A stretch of DNA of 52,695 bases from Candidatus Heimdallarchaeota archaeon (lineage in GTDB: Archaea; Asgardarchaeota; Heimdallarchaeia; JABLTI01). How positions within the stretch are numbered: the stretch's first letter is position 1; every line of letters starts with the position of its first letter. Of this stretch, positions 50,459-52,695 are shown in pieces. The notes beneath the pieces were generated by a model. That model worked only from the letters and a program-made list of their open reading frames with translations. It was not told the DNA's origin and searched no databases. The position numbers and the translations under genes are program-made. Location of the stretch: the NCBI GenBank assembly GCA_019056785.1, contig DXJV01000091.1, forward strand, positions 1 through 52,695. The letters are read 5' to 3'.

Positions 50459-50788
50459 ATGAACGATGAGAAGATAACAGACCAAGCTAAATTTGCAAAC
50501 AAACAGATCAAGACAAAGATATCTTTTATTCTTGGAATGATTTTGATTATACTATTAGCAATTGTTTTTACAATAATCCATGTCGTAAATAAACCAAATT
50601 CTTGGCTTTTTGTTGCTATCTATATTGTATTTATTATTGCAGGAATAACCGGTATTGTGTTTGCGAGTTTATCCTTGAAAGAAGAAAGGAACGTTTTCAA
50701 CATCTTGGGATTACTATGTAATATAGCTGTTTCAATAACATTTATAGCTGCTTTGATAGTTCTTGCAACATTAATACCTCAATTGTAA
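50459..50788 (+). CDS. Small three-TM membrane protein
   Basis: GAGG upstream; three hydrophobic helices. Confidence 0.7.
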   Translation: MNDEKITDQAKFANKQIKTKISFILGMILIILLAIVFTIIHVVNKPNSWLFVAIYIVFIIAGITGIVFASLSLKEERNVFNILGLLCNIAVSITFIAALIVLATLIPQL

Positions 50789-50904
50789 TCAAAGTAGCAT
50801 TCCCATTTTTTTCTTATTTTAATTGTTGTTAAAACATAAAACTGTGAATAAAAGGGAGCTAACAAGTGTCAATTTGAAAAAGAAATTATTTTGGAATGAA
50901 TGTT

Positions 50905-52416
50905 TTATTCATTCCAATTAGTTAATAATTCCAGCATTAACCTTACTGCCGGTCCTTTGCTTCCTTTGGGGTTATAGCCGTCATCATTTTCCTGACTTGC
51001 GTAGCCGGCGATATCCATATGTACCCATGGTTTATCTTCGACAAACTTGCTTAGAAAGCGTGCTGCGGTTATTGCTCCTCCAGGGCGTCCACCTGTGTGT
51101 TTAAAGTCTGCGACATCACTTTTCAGTTGTTTATCGTATACTTCCCAAAGGGGGAACCGCCACACCCGCTCGCCACTCAATTTTGATGCTTCTTCTACCT
51201 TCTTTGCTAATTGATCATCGTTTGCGAAATAGCCAATGGCATGATTTCCTAGCGCGACCATCATTGAACCTGTTAAAGTAGCAAAGTCAAACATTGCTTT
51301 TGGGTCATAATTTCTGGCAGCATAGGTTAAAGCATCATTTATGATCATTCTTCCTTCAGCGTCAGTACTGATAACTTCGATAGTTTGCCCGCTGTAGCTT
51401 TTGATGATATCACCTGGGTGGTAAGCTTTTCCTGAGGGCATATTATCTGTCGCCGGCACAAGGCCAACAACATGTACTTTTGGTTTCAGCTGGGCTAAAG
51501 CTTCCATAATAGCAAGTACCACCGCACCGCCGGTCATATCCGCTTTCATATTTAGCATGTTTAGGCTTGGTTTCAGGCTTATTCCACCAGTATCGAAGGT
51601 TATTCCTTTACCAATGAGAGCAATCGTATCGACATCTTTAAGCTTTGAACCATAGTCCATGATGATAAATTTCGGTGGTTCCTCTGTTCCCTGTGCTACT
51701 GCAAGGAAACTGTGTAAGCCAATTTCTTGACATTTTGCCCGATCAAAAACGGTCGTTGTAATGCTATCATATTGTTTGGCGATTCGTTCTGCTTCTTTCG
51801 CTAAGTAAGTAGGGGTAATATAATTTGCCGGACTCCAAGCAAGATCCCGACAGAAGTTTACTGCAGCAGCAATAATCTCTCCTTCTTTAATTCCTTTAGA
51901 GAAGCTTGCTACAAGATGTGTTTCACTTATAATAGATAATTCCTCTATTTGCTTGAATTTCTCGAGATTCTTTGTTTTATAAGCAGTATTTTGATAGGTG
52001 CCTAAAATCATTGCTTCTGTTAATGTTTTTGCTACTTTTTCCGTCGCAAAATTCCCTCTGCAGAATGATTCGAGAAGCAAAGCAACCTTTTTCAAGCCCC
52101 TGTCTCTTATCACTCGAGACTTTGCACCAACAATACTTCGAATATCTTCTAAAGTAAGCTCCTTCTCCTTTCCCAGGCCAATGAGCATAATTCTCTTTAC
52201 TTTAAGAAGCTCATCAGTATATGTCAATGCGTATTCTTCTTGTTCCCCCTTAAAATCGCCAAGAGCAATGAGCTTTTTAACTTTTTCTTGAAGCTCCGGC
52301 TCAATTGTTGTTAAAAAGGGGTCCTTTGTTGCTGGTTCGGTTAACCCAATCACCAAAATTGGCGTTTCTAGATTTTTTATGCTTGTTTTTACTGCTTTAA
52401 CCTTCATAGTAATCAT
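50905..52416 (-). CDS. pepA: Leucyl aminopeptidase (M17)
   Basis: IGKGITFDTGG, MKADM, STDAEGR, ATLTG, WVHMDIAG. Confidence 0.95.
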   Translation of the reverse strand: MITMKVKAVKTSIKNLETPILVIGLTEPATKDPFLTTIEPELQEKVKKLIALGDFKGEQEEYALTYTDELLKVKRIMLIGLGKEKELTLEDIRSIVGAKSRVIRDRGLKKVALLLESFCRGNFATEKVAKTLTEAMILGTYQNTAYKTKNLEKFKQIEELSIISETHLVASFSKGIKEGEIIAAAVNFCRDLAWSPANYITPTYLAKEAERIAKQYDSITTTVFDRAKCQEIGLHSFLAVAQGTEEPPKFIIMDYGSKLKDVDTIALIGKGITFDTGGISLKPSLNMLNMKADMTGGAVVLAIMEALAQLKPKVHVVGLVPATDNMPSGKAYHPGDIIKSYSGQTIEVISTDAEGRMIINDALTYAARNYDPKAMFDFATLTGSMMVALGNHAIGYFANDDQLAKKVEEASKLSGERVWRFPLWEVYDKQLKSDVADFKHTGGRPGGAITAARFLSKFVEDKPWVHMDIAGYASQENDDGYNPKGSKGPAVRLMLELLTNWNE

Positions 52417-52576
52417 TTTACTAACGACACTTAACTTGATAAATGTTATCAGATAAAAAGGAAATTCAGTTGATATTGATCAAGGGATTGTTTTCTGGAA
52501 AAATTTTGAAATAAATGTACAATCTGAAGAGGAATGACAATAGAAATTACAATTCAGACGCCGAACGTAACGAAAA

Positions 52577-52695
52577 CTACATCATCTGGTTGATAAAGGC
52601 TATTCCTTCCTCACTGAATTCCAAGTCAAGAGTAATTTCATTTGCCTTCGGAGCAATAAGATTTGCAAACGGTTGGTCCCACCAATTCGTAAGAT
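52577..52695 (-). CDS. Possible 3' end of a gene running off the window
   Basis: Open frame LTNWWDQPFANLIAPKANEITLDLEFSEEGIAFINQMM*; too short to identify. Confidence 0.3.
   Translation of the reverse strand, partial: LTNWWDQPFANLIAPKANEITLDLEFSEEGIAFINQMM

Noticed and set aside
827-52291. Numerous 60-120-aa ORFs antisense to or nested in long genes
   Set aside because: Shadow ORFs of well-supported genes, with no independent motifs.

Overview
AT-rich (roughly one-third GC by eye) archaeal chromosomal segment, almost certainly from an Asgard archaeon (Heimdallarchaeia-like). This assignment is inferred from the dense set of eukaryotic-signature proteins: Arf-, Rab-, Rag- and MglA-like small GTPases plus longin/uDENN, folliculin-like DENN and roadblock domains. 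These are interleaved with metabolic and transport genes (lctP, MFS, mvaD, mvk, FTR/glutaredoxin, ferredoxin/AOR, DegV, citX, surE, pepA, ABC systems). The best candidate for a new system is a set of single-pass receptors with adhesion-type ectodomains and cytoplasmic longin/uDENN (GTPase-regulator) domains. One is an intact ~1,900-aa integrin-alpha-like protein (seven FG-GAP-like blades, Ig stalk, TM, longin). The other is a decayed Ig-TM-uDENN gene, not resolved by the ORF track, lying between an MglA-like and a Rag-like GTPase. Other observations: a DENN/Rab/roadblock cluster, a circularly permuted family-5 solute-binding protein, two unannotated TM microproteins coupled to lctP, a twice-occurring 18-bp palindrome, apparent over-representation of CTCGAG, and several pseudogenes. 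I saw no rRNA, tRNA, CRISPR array or transposase. All family calls are from motif recognition by eye, not database searches.
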